From the NCBI GenBank assembly GCA_963750165.1, contig CAVVPN010000003.1:1792001-1856000 (forward strand): DNA of 64,000 nt, in the 5' to 3' direction. This document shows, piece by piece, positions 44,191-54,114 of this stretch. Source of the DNA: an uncultured Gemmataceae bacterium (GTDB lineage Bacteria; Planctomycetota; Planctomycetia; Gemmatales; Gemmataceae). Within the stretch, counting starts at the first letter, position 1. Each line of letters begins with the position of its first letter. The translations under genes and the position numbers were made by a program. A model generated the notes under the pieces. The model was given only the letters and a program-made list of their open reading frames with translations. It searched no databases and had not been told where the DNA came from.

Positions 44191-45276
44191 ATGCGTGCCA
44201 AATTCACTCTGCTCTGTCTGATGGCCTTTCTGGTGTGTGTGATCGTGTTGGTCGAGACGCAGACCGCCGTTTCTCAGTTTGGCGGCAAGGGGGGCAAGGG
44301 AGGGGGCAAAGGAGGCAAGGGCGGCTTCGACCCCGGCAAGATGTTTGACTGGATGGACAAGGACAAAAAGGGCTACATCTCAATCGCCGACATGCGGTTC
44401 GGCAAGGATGAAGCGGAACTCTTTGCCAAGGAGAACGGCATCACCAACGGTCAACTGACTCGCGACCAGTTCATGAAATACTCCGAGCAAGGCGAAGCCC
44501 TGCGGCAAAAAACCGGCAATACCGGTGGGTTTGGCGGAAAGGGCAAGGGCAAGGGCAAGGGCAAGGGTGGCCCCGGCGAGGCTCCGAAGGGACCCAAAGT
44601 CACCGTCGGCGACGAGAACGACGTGGATCGCATCGCTGAGGAGCAGTTCCGCAAATTCGACACCAACGGCGACGGCAACCTGAACGAGGAGGAACTCCTC
44701 AAAACGAAACGGCTCAAGGACGAATGGCAGAAGTGGGACGAGAACAAGGACAAGCTCATCAGCCTGAGCGAATACCGCGCCTACTTCCGCGATTTCACCA
44801 AGCGCCTCAACGAAAAGATCGAGGCCAAGCGCGCCAACAACGAGGAGAACAAGAACGACTCGAAGCCGGGCGGCATCAAGCGGATCATCATTGAGGAGGA
44901 TGAGGAGGTGCTGCCGAGCACCTTCCACGTCGGCAGCGTGTTACCGAAAGGCATCCCGGACTGGTTCACCGAACTGGACACGGACCCCAAAGACGGTCAG
45001 GTCTCGCTCTATGAGTGGGCGCGCCTGGGCAAGAAGGATGTCGAGCTGTTCGAAAAGATGGACCGCAACGGCGATGGCTTGCTGACCGCCGAGGAGGTGC
45101 TCCACTACCAGCGGCAAGCCGCCGTCCCGCAGCGGCAGGTGTCGCAGGTGGCCATCATCAGCGGCACCCGCATTGACGAACCACCGACCCGCCCCAACGC
45201 CCCCTTTGGCGGCAAGGGCAAGGGCAAGGGCAAGGGCAAGGGCGGCCCGGGGAAAAAAGGCAAGATCGGTGGTTGA
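44191..45276 (+). CDS. Secreted multi-EF-hand protein with Gly/Lys-rich segments
   Basis: Signal peptide; DxNxDG loops ('DTNGDGNLNEEE', 'DENKDKLISLSE', 'DRNGDGLLTAEE'); GKGKGK tracts. Confidence 0.85.
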   Translation: MRAKFTLLCLMAFLVCVIVLVETQTAVSQFGGKGGKGGGKGGKGGFDPGKMFDWMDKDKKGYISIADMRFGKDEAELFAKENGITNGQLTRDQFMKYSEQGEALRQKTGNTGGFGGKGKGKGKGKGGPGEAPKGPKVTVGDENDVDRIAEEQFRKFDTNGDGNLNEEELLKTKRLKDEWQKWDENKDKLISLSEYRAYFRDFTKRLNEKIEAKRANNEENKNDSKPGGIKRIIIEEDEEVLPSTFHVGSVLPKGIPDWFTELDTDPKDGQVSLYEWARLGKKDVELFEKMDRNGDGLLTAEEVLHYQRQAAVPQRQVSQVAIISGTRIDEPPTRPNAPFGGKGKGKGKGKGGPGKKGKIGG

Positions 45277-45357
45277 GCGCCCGCGTCCCAACGCCAACGC
45301 CGCGGGCGGCGCCGGCACCACCGGCGCCGCCCGCGGCGTTTGTCTGCCGTGGACGGC

Positions 45358-46607
45358 TCAGCCCACCTCGTCCAGCAGGTGGCCGAGCTTGTCCTTCTTG
45401 GTCTTGAGGTAGCGCGCGTTGTGCGGGTTCGGCGCGATCTGAATCGGCACCCGCTCGACGATCTGCAAGCCATAGCCTTCCAGGCCAACCACCTTCTTCG
45501 TGTTGTTCGTCAACAGCCGAATCTGCCGCACACCCAGGTCGAACAGGATTTGCGCCCCGATGCCGTACTGCCGCAGGTCGGCGCCGAAGCCGAGCTTGCG
45601 GTTGGCCTCCACCGTGTCCAGCCCCTCCTGCTGCTGCAAGCGGTACGCCTGCAACTTGGGCAACAGGCCAATGCCGCGGCCCTCCTGCCGCATGTACAGC
45701 AGCACGCCCCTGCCGGCCGCGCGAATCTGCTCCATCGCCTGGTGCAGTTGGGGCCCACAATCGCACAGGCAGCTGCCGAAGATGTCGCCCGTCAGGCACT
45801 GGCTGTGGACGCGCACCAGCACCGGCTCGGTCTGCACCGGCACCTGACCGTGGGCCTCCAGACCGACGCCGCCCAGCGTCAGCGCCAGGTGCGGCTCGGA
45901 ATCGACCACCGACGTGTACGGAATCAGGTCGAAGGTGCCGTGCGTCGTCGGCAGCTGGACCGTCAGTTCGCGACGGACGAAGCGCTCGCGCTGATGGCGG
46001 TGCTTGATGAGGTCTTCAATGGTACACATTTTGAGGTGGTGTTTACGGCAATACTCCTTCAACTGCGGCAGTCGGGCCATGTGGCCGTCCTCGGTCAGCA
46101 CCTCGCAGATGACCGCGGCCTCTTTCAGACCAGCCAGGCGGGCCAGATCGACGCTGCCCTCGGTGTGGCCGGCGCGCACCAGGACGCCGCCTGCGCGCGC
46201 CGCAGGCCATCGACGTGGCCCTTGCCGCGGATCAGGTCGTTGGCGGTCGAATGGTCGTCGATGGCGACCTGGACGGTGCGAGCGCGGTCGTGGGCGGACG
46301 TGCCGGTGGTGATGCCGGTGCGGGCGTCGATCTTCTGCGTGAACGGCGTCGCCTCCGGGTCGGGGTGGTTGGTCGGCTGCAATTCCAGGTGCAGGCGGTC
46401 GCAGAGGTCCGGCGCCAGCGCCAGGCAGACAATGCCGCAGCCGTGCCGCACCATGAAGTTGATGGCCTCGGGCGTCACCTTCTCGGCGGCGATGACCAGG
46501 TCGCCCTCGTTCTCGCGGCGCTCGTCATCGACCAGCACGATCATGCGGCCGGCGCGCAGCTCGGCAATGGCTTCGTCGATGGTGCAGAAAGGGTTCGGGT
46601 CCGGCAT
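45358..46607 (-). CDS. ribBA: Bifunctional DHBP synthase / GTP cyclohydrolase II; apparent frameshift near 46195
   Basis: '[10 protein letters not shown]', '[11 protein letters not shown]', '[14 protein letters not shown]', 'QEGRGIGL', 'LLTNN'. Confidence 0.95.
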
Positions 46608-46724
46608 GGCGGTCCTCACGGCGTTGGGGGCGAGCGGCCAGGGCGTCTGTCTTATTGTAGGCCGCTTGACCACCCGCGGTTGGGGTGCGAGAATGGACAA
46701 GGGTAAAGCGGAAGGGAGTGGGCC

Positions 46725-46973
46725 ATGATTTTCAAAATTGCCCTGGAAGAATTTCAGCAAGACGTGATGAAGTACCTTCAGCGCGTCCAGCAAGGCACCA
46801 GTTACGTCGTAATGCAGGGCGACAAACCCCTGGCGGAACTGATCCCGGTTCCCGACCTGGGTCCGCGGGAACCTCGGCCATTCGGGCTGGCAAAAGGTGA
46901 CTTTGTCGTCCCAGATAATTTCAACGACCCGTTGACGGCGGAAGAAGTCCTCCGGTTGTTCGGCGCCCAATGA
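46725..46973 (+). CDS. Phd/YefM-type antitoxin
   Basis: 'YLQRVQQG..KPLAEL..RPFGLAKGDFVVPDNFNDPL'; ATGA overlap with the PIN gene. Confidence 0.85.
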   Translation: MIFKIALEEFQQDVMKYLQRVQQGTSYVVMQGDKPLAELIPVPDLGPREPRPFGLAKGDFVVPDNFNDPLTAEEVLRLFGAQ

Positions 46974-47362
46974 ACCTGTTACTCGACACGCACATTTTCC
47001 TGTGGTTGATTACCAGCGACCCCAAATTGGACGTGTTGTTGCGGGCGGACATTTGTGACCCGGCCAACCAGGTGTTCCTGAGCGTCGTGTCTATCTACGA
47101 GGTGTTTATCAAGGCGAGCACCGGCCGATTGTCCTTCCCGGAAGCGCCGGAGATCTATCTGCCCAAACAGCGCAATGCGCAACGCATCAACAACCTGTCG
47201 CTGGAGGAAGCTGACGTTTTGCGGGCGACGCAACTGCCCCCAATCCACAAGGATCCGTTTGACCGCTTGCTCATTTGCCAGGCACAACAAAACGACTTGC
47301 TGTTTTGTACCGATGACGCCATCCTGCAAACCTACCCGGTGAAGCTCTGGCAGCCGCCCTGA
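46970..47362 (+). CDS. vapC: VapC PIN-domain toxin
   Basis: 'LLLDTHIFLW', 'SVVSIYE', 'HKDPFDRLLICQA', 'TDD'. Confidence 0.9.
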   Translation: MNLLLDTHIFLWLITSDPKLDVLLRADICDPANQVFLSVVSIYEVFIKASTGRLSFPEAPEIYLPKQRNAQRINNLSLEEADVLRATQLPPIHKDPFDRLLICQAQQNDLLFCTDDAILQTYPVKLWQPP

Positions 47363-47418
47363 CCGAACCGCGCCTCCCTCCCTCGAAAACTCGCCCGCTA
47401 CGGAAGACGACAACGCAC

Positions 47419-48636
47419 ATGAAAGCACGTCGGGTCGGTTTATGGTTGATCGGTGCCTGCGGCGGCGTGGGCACGACGGCGGCCCTGGGGCTGGCGGCGC
47501 TGGGCCGCGGTCTGGTCGGGCCCACCAGCATGGTCACGGCCCTGCCGCAATTCGCCGGCCTCGGTCTTGATGAACCCAAAACCTGGGTCGTCGGCGGCCA
47601 CGACGTGCGCCGCACCAGTTACCGCCAGTCCGTGCGCGAGCTGCACGAGCGCAGCGGCGTCTTCGACCCGGCTGTCATCGACGCCTGTCTGCCGGACCTC
47701 GATCAGTGGAGCGGCAACGTGCGGCCCGGCACCGTCCTCGGCGCCGGCACCACCATTGAGCGTCTCGCCGACCTGGCCGAGGCGCACCGCAGCGAGAGCA
47801 GCCGCAGCGCCATCGAGCGCATCCAGGCCGACCTGCAAGCGTTCCGCTCCGATCAGGCGCTCGATCAGCTTGTGGTCATCAACGTCGCCTCGACGGAGCC
47901 TCCCTTCACGCTGACCGACAACCACCAGAGTGTCGAGAGGCTGCTGCCGGCGCTGGAGCAGCGTCAGCCGCTGCTGCCGCCGAGCGCCCTGTACGCCTGG
48001 GCGGCGCTGGAGCTGGGGCTGCCGTACGTCAACTTCACGCCGTCGCTGGGCTCATCGTTCCCGGCGGCGGACGAGCTGGCCCGGCAGCGGCACACGGTCC
48101 ATGCTGGCAAGGACGGCAAGACCGGCGAGACGCTGCTCAAGACGGTGCTGGCGCCGATGTTCGCGCATCGCAACCTGCGCATCCTCAGCTGGGTCGGCCA
48201 CAACATCTTCGGCAACCGCGATGGCCAGGTGCTCGACGATCCGCTCAACAAGTCGTCGAAGATTCAGACCAAGGACCAGGTGATTTCCGGCATCGTCGGC
48301 TACAAGCCGCAGACGCTGGTGTCGATCGAGTACATCGAGTCGCTGGACGACTGGAAGACGGCGTGGGACCACATCCACTTCCAGGGTTTTCTGGGCGTCA
48401 AGATGATGATGCAGTTTCAGTGGCAGGGCTGCGACTCGATCCTGGCGGCGCCGCTGGTACTGGACCTGGCGCGGCTGGCGCTGCTGGCGCAGCGACGCGG
48501 CGAGGTCGGCGTCCTGGGCCACCTGGCGTGCTTCTTCAAGAGCCCGATGGGCACAACCGAGCACGACTTCTTCAAGCAGTTCGCCGCGCTGGAGGCGTAC
48601 ACCGCGGCCTCCTCTGGCTCCCCTGGCCCCCTTTAG
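47419..48636 (+). CDS. Inositol-3-phosphate synthase (Ino1 family)
   Basis: Rossmann 'IGACGGVG', 'INVASTE', 'GKDGKTGET', 'GNRDG', 'DSILAAPLVLDL', 'FFKSP'. Confidence 0.9.
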   Translation: MKARRVGLWLIGACGGVGTTAALGLAALGRGLVGPTSMVTALPQFAGLGLDEPKTWVVGGHDVRRTSYRQSVRELHERSGVFDPAVIDACLPDLDQWSGNVRPGTVLGAGTTIERLADLAEAHRSESSRSAIERIQADLQAFRSDQALDQLVVINVASTEPPFTLTDNHQSVERLLPALEQRQPLLPPSALYAWAALELGLPYVNFTPSLGSSFPAADELARQRHTVHAGKDGKTGETLLKTVLAPMFAHRNLRILSWVGHNIFGNRDGQVLDDPLNKSSKIQTKDQVISGIVGYKPQTLVSIEYIESLDDWKTAWDHIHFQGFLGVKMMMQFQWQGCDSILAAPLVLDLARLALLAQRRGEVGVLGHLACFFKSPMGTTEHDFFKQFAALEAYTAASSGSPGPL

Positions 48637-48655
48637 GGGGGAGGGGAGAAGACAA
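48618..48655. repeat. Palindrome family B overlapping the Ino1 stop codon
   Basis: ctcccctggccccctttaggggggaggggagaagacaa; the TAG lies at the hairpin apex. Confidence 0.65.
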
Positions 48656-48668
48656 CCCGGAACCCTTC

Positions 48669-49670
48669 ATGAACCAATCTTCCGACAACGACGCCACGCT
48701 GATCGTGGAGCCCGCCCCGCCCGCGGCGCATCCCTTCGCCTGGCTGCCCTACGCCCGGCTGCTGCGCATCCCCAACGTCTTTACCGCCCTGGCCGACATC
48801 GCGCTCGCCGGCCTGGTCAGCGGCGCGATCACCACGAATGCGCTCGGGCTGCTGCTCGTGGCGCTGGCGTCCGCGTGCCTGTACTGCAGCGGCATGGTCT
48901 GGAACGATTACTTCGACGTGGAGCAGGACGCGCGCGAACGGCCCTTCCGCCCGCTGCCATCGGGCCGCATTTCACTGGGCACGGCCAGACGGTTGGCGGC
49001 GGGACTGATGGCCGTCGGCGTGGCGCTGGCCGGCATGGCGGGGCTGCGGGCGGACGGCTTCGCGGCGGCGCCGCTGACCTGGGCGGTGGTGCTGGCGCTC
49101 TGCGTGCTGCTGTACGACACCTGGCTGAAGCACACGGGACTGGGGCCGGTGGGCATGGGCGCGTGTCGGTTCTGCAACGTGCTGCTGGGGCTGGCGGTCG
49201 CGCCAATCAGCGTCGGCGGCTGGGGCGTCTTGCTGGCGCTGGTGGTCGGCGTCTACATCGTCGGCGTGACGTGGTTCGCGCGCACCGAGGCGCGGGCCAG
49301 TTCACAGATGATGCTGCTGGGCGCCGCGGCGGTGATGCTGTTCGCGCTGGTGCTGGCGCTGGCGGTGCCGACCGCCGGGCCGCGCGCGCTGCGCGGCGAT
49401 GACCCGATGACCTTCCTGACGGTCGGCCTTGGTCAGGTGCTGTTCCCGTATCTGCTGGTGCTGTTCGGCTTCTACGTGGGGGTGCCGGTGGCCGCCGCGG
49501 TGCGGGCGCCGACGCCGGAGCGCGTGCAGGCCGCCATCAAGCGCAGTGTCCTGGGATTGATTCTGTTCGACGCGCTGCTGGCGGCGTCACTGGTCGGCAC
49601 GGCGGGCCTGCTGATCGCGCTGCTGCTGCCGCCGGCGCTGCTGCTGGGGCGGCGCGTGTACTCGACGTGA
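48669..49670 (+). CDS. UbiA-family prenyltransferase (EboC/SCO3242-like)
   Basis: 'LLRIPNVFTA', 'NDYFDVEQD..RP.RPLPSG', 'LYD', 'MGACRFCN'. Confidence 0.88.
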   Translation: MNQSSDNDATLIVEPAPPAAHPFAWLPYARLLRIPNVFTALADIALAGLVSGAITTNALGLLLVALASACLYCSGMVWNDYFDVEQDARERPFRPLPSGRISLGTARRLAAGLMAVGVALAGMAGLRADGFAAAPLTWAVVLALCVLLYDTWLKHTGLGPVGMGACRFCNVLLGLAVAPISVGGWGVLLALVVGVYIVGVTWFARTEARASSQMMLLGAAAVMLFALVLALAVPTAGPRALRGDDPMTFLTVGLGQVLFPYLLVLFGFYVGVPVAAAVRAPTPERVQAAIKRSVLGLILFDALLAASLVGTAGLLIALLLPPALLLGRRVYST

Positions 49671-49671
49671 C

Positions 49672-50124
49672 TCAGGCCGATTCCTTCTCCCGCAGTTCCT
49701 GGCGGACGCTCATCAAAATCTGGCCGAGCATGTTGCGGCCGCTGCCGTCGCCGCCGTCGCCCCAGTACGAATCATTCTCCGTGTGTTCGACGAGTTTCGC
49801 GTCGCCGGTGTCGAGCAGCAGCTTCCGCAACTCGGCGTGCTGCGTGAACTTGGCCAGCACCGCCTCGCGCATGATGCCGTCCTTGACCTTCTCCCAGTCG
49901 GGCCGCAGTTTATGGGTGCGCGAGCGGCCCATGCGCGCGGCGATCATCGGCGACTTGGCGAGGCGAATTTCCTCCGCGCGCTCGCTGCCCGCGAATTTTT
50001 GCGCCTGGAAAAAATGCTCCGTCGTCGGCCACAGGACGCCGTTGAGCAGCACCGGCGACCGCCAGAAGTTAGAGAAACAACCGAACGGCTCGTCGAGGTG
50101 GTAGAAATGGATCACGACCGACAT
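49672..50124 (-). CDS. NADAR family protein (YbiA/RibX-like N-glycosidase)
   Basis: 'FSNF', 'TEHFFQAQKF', 'AKFTQH', 'DSYWG..GRNMLGQILM'. Confidence 0.92.
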   Translation of the reverse strand: MSVVIHFYHLDEPFGCFSNFWRSPVLLNGVLWPTTEHFFQAQKFAGSERAEEIRLAKSPMIAARMGRSRTHKLRPDWEKVKDGIMREAVLAKFTQHAELRKLLLDTGDAKLVEHTENDSYWGDGGDGSGRNMLGQILMSVRQELREKESA

Positions 50125-50216
50125 GCGTTCCCCCTCCCGCGGGCACTGGTGGAAGTGACGACACCCACCTCCCGACACCGCCGTCAGCCGGCGGGTTTGC
50201 CAGCGGGTCGGCGGCT

Positions 50217-50921
50217 TCACCGGAAGCTGTTTTTGACGTCCGCGTTGCACAGGATCACGAGGCCCCAGATGCCGATGGGCAGGCCGCCCAGGCAGGCGAG
50301 GTTACACGGCAGCATGGCGACGATGCAGCCCGCCAGCGCCGTGCCGTACGAACTCCGGCTGGACATGGCGTTGGCGCCCTGGATCACGAAGCCGCACCAG
50401 AGCGCGGTGATGAGCGCCGCGCCGGCGGCGCTCCCGAGCCTGTACGCCGCGCCACCGCCCCCGGGCCCCTGGGCTACGGCGCCGGCGCCGACGATGTTGA
50501 GGATCACCCCCAGGATGCCGAGCGCGATCCCCACATAGCCCACGATTTGCAAGGCCGTCGCGGGGGTGTGCACCAGGGCGTCCACGTCGGACAAGCGCGC
50601 CTTGCGTTTCTTGCGCCGCCGCGGGCGGTCGTCAAAATCCTCGTCCTCGTCCTCCGCCGGCCGGCGGCGCCGGGGGCGGTCGTCCAAGTCCTCGTCCTCA
50701 TCCTCGACCGGCCGCCGGCGCGGCGGCGGCGGCGTGGAAGCAATCGCCCGGCTCCCGGGGGCAGGGCGCGGCGGTTCGGCCTCCTCCGGCAGTTCCTCCA
50801 ACTCCACCGTTTCCTCGGCGGTGAACACCTGCTGGCAACCCGGGCACCGCACCCGTTTCCCCAGGGCTTCCTCCTTCACATTCAATTTCCGGCCACACGA
50901 CGTGCAGGTGATGATGGGCAT
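50217..50921 (-). CDS. Zinc-ribbon membrane protein
   Basis: 'CTSC..GKRVRCPGC', repeated 'DEDEDxDDRPRRR' linker, TM helices, 'GLPIGIWGLVIL..DVK..F'. Confidence 0.75.
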   Translation of the reverse strand: MPIITCTSCGRKLNVKEEALGKRVRCPGCQQVFTAEETVELEELPEEAEPPRPAPGSRAIASTPPPPRRRPVEDEDEDLDDRPRRRRPAEDEDEDFDDRPRRRKKRKARLSDVDALVHTPATALQIVGYVGIALGILGVILNIVGAGAVAQGPGGGGAAYRLGSAAGAALITALWCGFVIQGANAMSSRSSYGTALAGCIVAMLPCNLACLGGLPIGIWGLVILCNADVKNSFR

Positions 50922-51021
50922 GGGTGCTTCCTTAACTCCATGATAATCAGACACGGTATGTGGGACGATTATCGGGACTGGCAAGCTGATCGCCAAGCGG
51001 GAAATACGGCCCGCGGCTCCA

Positions 51022-52442
51022 TCACAGCTCTTTCCACAAATCGCGGAACGACCGCGGCGCCGGCGCCGGGAAGTCGCGGGCCGCCGTCCAGCCGCCGCCG
51101 GGGCCGGGCAGTCGCCGCAGCCAGCCGTCCTGCGCGAACGGCCGCAGCGCCAGTCGAGCGCAGCGCAGCGCCAGCCGGTACAGCCACGGCCGCCGCATCA
51201 CATAGACCCAGACTTGATATGCCAGGTTCTCCCAGCGGTTCGGTTTGTGGTGGTGCTGCAATTCGCGCAAACCGATGAGCATCTGTGGTATGTTGATCTT
51301 GACCGGACACGCGGCCAGACAGGCGCCGCACAGCGACGAGGCGTGCGGCAGCGCGGCGTTGGCGCTGACGCTGTCGTACAGCGGCGTCAGGATGCTGCCG
51401 ATCGGCCCGGAGTAGACGCCGCCGTAAGCGTGGCCGCCGATGCGGCGGTAGACCGGGCAGGCGTTCAGACACGCCCCGCAGCGGATGCACTGCAAACTCT
51501 CGCGGAACGGCGTCGCCAGAATCCTGCGAGCGGCCGTTGTCGAGCAGGACCAGGTGAAACTCCTGCGGCCCGTCCGATCTCGCCGGGGCGGCGCGGGCCG
51601 GTGATCATCGTCGTGTAGACCGACAGTGGTTGCCCCGTGGCGGCGCGGGCGAGCAGCTTCAAAAAGACGGGCAAATCTTCCCAGCGCGGGATGACTTTTT
51701 CGATGCCCATGACCGCCACGTGGACGCGCGGGCAGGTGGTGGTCAGGCGGCCGTTGCCCTCGTTGGTGATGAGCACGATGGTGCCGGTCTCGGCCACGGC
51801 GAAGTTGGCGCCGGTGATGCCGAGGTCGGCCTCAAAGAACTTCTGGCGGAGCACGCGGCGACCGGTCAGGGCCAGCGTCGCGGGGTCGTCCGGCAGCTGC
51901 TCGCCCAGGTGCGCCGACAGCACACGGGCGACACTCTCGCGCGTGTGGTGAACGGCGGGCGCGACCAGGTGCGACGGCCGTTCGCCCGCCACCTGGATGA
52001 TGTATTCGCCGAAGTCCGTTTCGCTGACCTCGATGCCGGCGGCCTCCAGGGCGGGGTTGAGGTGGATTTCCTCGCTGGTCATCGACTTCGATTTGACCGC
52101 CCGGCGGCACTGTGTCTGGCGGGCGATGTCCACGACGATGCGGCGGGCGTCCTCGGCGGTCGCCGCCCAGTGGACATGGCCGCCGAGCTTGTGGACCGAC
52201 GCCTCCAGCTGTTCGAGGTACTGGTCGAGGTGGGCGAGCGTGTGTTCCTTGATGCGTTTGGCGTGATCGCGGAGCGCGTCGGAGTCGGCGAGGGCGGCGT
52301 AACCGCGGCGGTTACCGGCCATGAGCGTGCTGGTCAGCCGGGCCAGCGCCGCCTGCAGCGGCTCATCGACCAGGGCCTGGGCGGTGGCGCCGGCGAAGTC
52401 GTGGTGCTCGTGGCGGGCGTAGAGGTTGCCGGCGGTGCTCAT
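51022..52442 (-). CDS. lutB: Lactate utilisation Fe-S protein LutB/LldF; apparent frameshift(s) at 51500-51580
   Basis: 'KSKSMTSEE', 'ETDFGEYIIQ', 'NEGNGR', 'CIRCGACLNACP', 'SSLCGAC..CPV'. Confidence 0.9.
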
Positions 52443-52472
52443 GGGAAGTCTTCCACGAAACGATGAATCGGA

Positions 52473-53252
52473 TCAGGTGCTGACCAGCACTTCCGCCAGA
52501 TGCAGCGGCCGCACCTTGCTGCCGAGGCGCCGCAGCCGACCGCCGATGTTCATCAGGCAGCCCGTGTCTGTCGCCACCACCACGTCGGCGCCGCTCCGGT
52601 CGATGGCCGCGGCCTTGTCCTGCACCATCGCGCCGCTGATGCCGGGGAAGCGCACCGAAAACGAGCCGCCGAAGCCGCAGCACTCGTCCGCCCGCTCCAG
52701 CGGCAGCAGTTCCAGGCCCGCAACCTGCCGCAGCAGCCGCTCCGGCTCCGTCAGCACGCCGAGGCTGCGCAGATGACAGGCCATGTGATACGTCGCCTTG
52801 CCCGGGAAGCGCGCCCCCACGTCGGTGACGCCGAGCACGTTCACCAGGAAGTCCGACAGCTCGTGCGTCCGCCGGGCCAAATCCTCGGCGCGGCCGTGCC
52901 AGACCAGGTCGTTGTGGAACAGCTCGGGGAACTCCCGTTTCACCATTGCGGCGCAGGAGCCGGACGGGCACACGACCAGCGGACTGGCGGCGAACGCCTG
53001 GATGGTGTGGCGGGCCAGTTCGCGGGCGCAGTCGTGATAACCGCTGTTGAAGTGCGGCTGACCGCAGCAGGTCTGCGCTGCCGGGAAATCGACCGTCACG
53101 CCGAGCCGCCGCAGCAGCTTCACGGTCGCCACGCCCACGTCCGGAAACAGGGCGTCGCCCAGGCAGGTCACCATCAGCGAGACGTTCAAGCGCGCCCCCT
53201 CACCCCCGACCCCCTCTCCCCCTGAAGGGGGCGAGGGGAGCAAGACAATCAC
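52473..53252 (-). CDS. lutA: Lactate utilisation CCG-domain protein LutA/LldE (start GTG 53252 or TTG 53189)
   Basis: 'VTCL.D', 'QTCCGQP', 'SGSC', 'CCGFGG', 'GCLMNI'. Confidence 0.9.
   Translation of the reverse strand: MIVLLPSPPSGGEGVGGEGARLNVSLMVTCLGDALFPDVGVATVKLLRRLGVTVDFPAAQTCCGQPHFNSGYHDCARELARHTIQAFAASPLVVCPSGSCAAMVKREFPELFHNDLVWHGRAEDLARRTHELSDFLVNVLGVTDVGARFPGKATYHMACHLRSLGVLTEPERLLRQVAGLELLPLERADECCGFGGSFSVRFPGISGAMVQDKAAAIDRSGADVVVATDTGCLMNIGGRLRRLGSKVRPLHLAEVLVST
53196..53250. repeat. Palindrome family B at the lutA 5' end
   Basis: ccccctcacccccgacccctctccccctgaagggggcgaggggagcaagacaatc. Confidence 0.75.
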
Positions 53253-53984
53253 AACAACCGCCGGCTCTCCTGCAGCAGCCCGTCGTGCAGGAAGCGCAGC
53301 GACGGCCCCGCCAGATGGTCGAAGTACGCCCAGCTGTGGCCGCCGGCGCGCGTCGTCAGGTCCAGCGTGTGCGGAATCCCCAGGGCGCTCAGCTTCTCGT
53401 GCAGCCGATCATTGCCGCGATACCACCGCGTATCGTCCGGGTCGATGGCGAAGAAGATGTGCGGCGGATACTGGCCCGGGTGGATGTGCAGCAGCGCCGT
53501 GTCCTGGCGACACTGCTCCTTGCTGTCGTACATCGCGTCGAGCGCCATGCCCTGGCCGTACAGTTCGTGGTAATCCAGCGCCGACGCGATGGCCGCCACC
53601 ACCGGGAACTCACGCGGATACTTGAACGCCAGCCGCAGCGCCTCCCTGGCCGCCCATGCTGATGCCGTGCAGTCCGACCGCCCGCTCCGCCAGGCCCCAG
53701 CGCTGCCGCAGCGCCGGCACCACCTGCTCGCGCAGGAACCGCTCCGGCGTCAGCACCGGATCAAACTCCGCGCAGATGCGGTCGCCCCACCACGAACGCA
53801 TGCCCAGCGGACAGGCGCACGCCAGGCCGAGTTCGTCGAGGACGCGCGTGTAAGCAGGCCGGTCGCGCAACGACTCCATGCCAACACCGTGCAGGTGCAG
53901 CACTGCGAAGCGCGGTGGGCTGGGCGGGTCGTAGAGGTCGGTTTTCTTGCCGGCGATGCGGACTTCCGTCCAGCGACCGTTCAT
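53249..53984 (-). CDS. Alpha/beta-hydrolase esterase; apparent frameshift near 53640
   Basis: 'LHLHG', nucleophile 'GISMGG', C-terminal 'GGHSWAYF'. Confidence 0.85.
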
Positions 53985-54003
53985 GCAGGGTCGTCCTTTC
54001 AAA

Positions 54004-54108
54004 GAGGAGTTCACCACAAAGACACAAAGAACACCAGGAAGACAAAAGAATTAAATACTTATTCTTCTGTCTTCCTGGTGTTCTTTGTGTCTTTGTGGTG
54101 AACTCCTC
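54004..54108. repeat. 41-bp perfect inverted repeat (caccacaaagacacaaag family) with AT-rich loop
   Basis: 54004-54044 is the exact reverse complement of 54068-54108. Confidence 0.9.
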
Positions 54109-54114
54109 CGTCCG

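Noticed and set aside
44539..45243. (GGCAAG)n tandem repeats
   Set aside because: In-frame Gly-Lys low-complexity coding sequence of the EF-hand protein, not a separate element.
46608..46724. FMN riboswitch upstream of ribBA
   Set aside because: No AGGGCGGGG..AATTCCC consensus, and the space is short.
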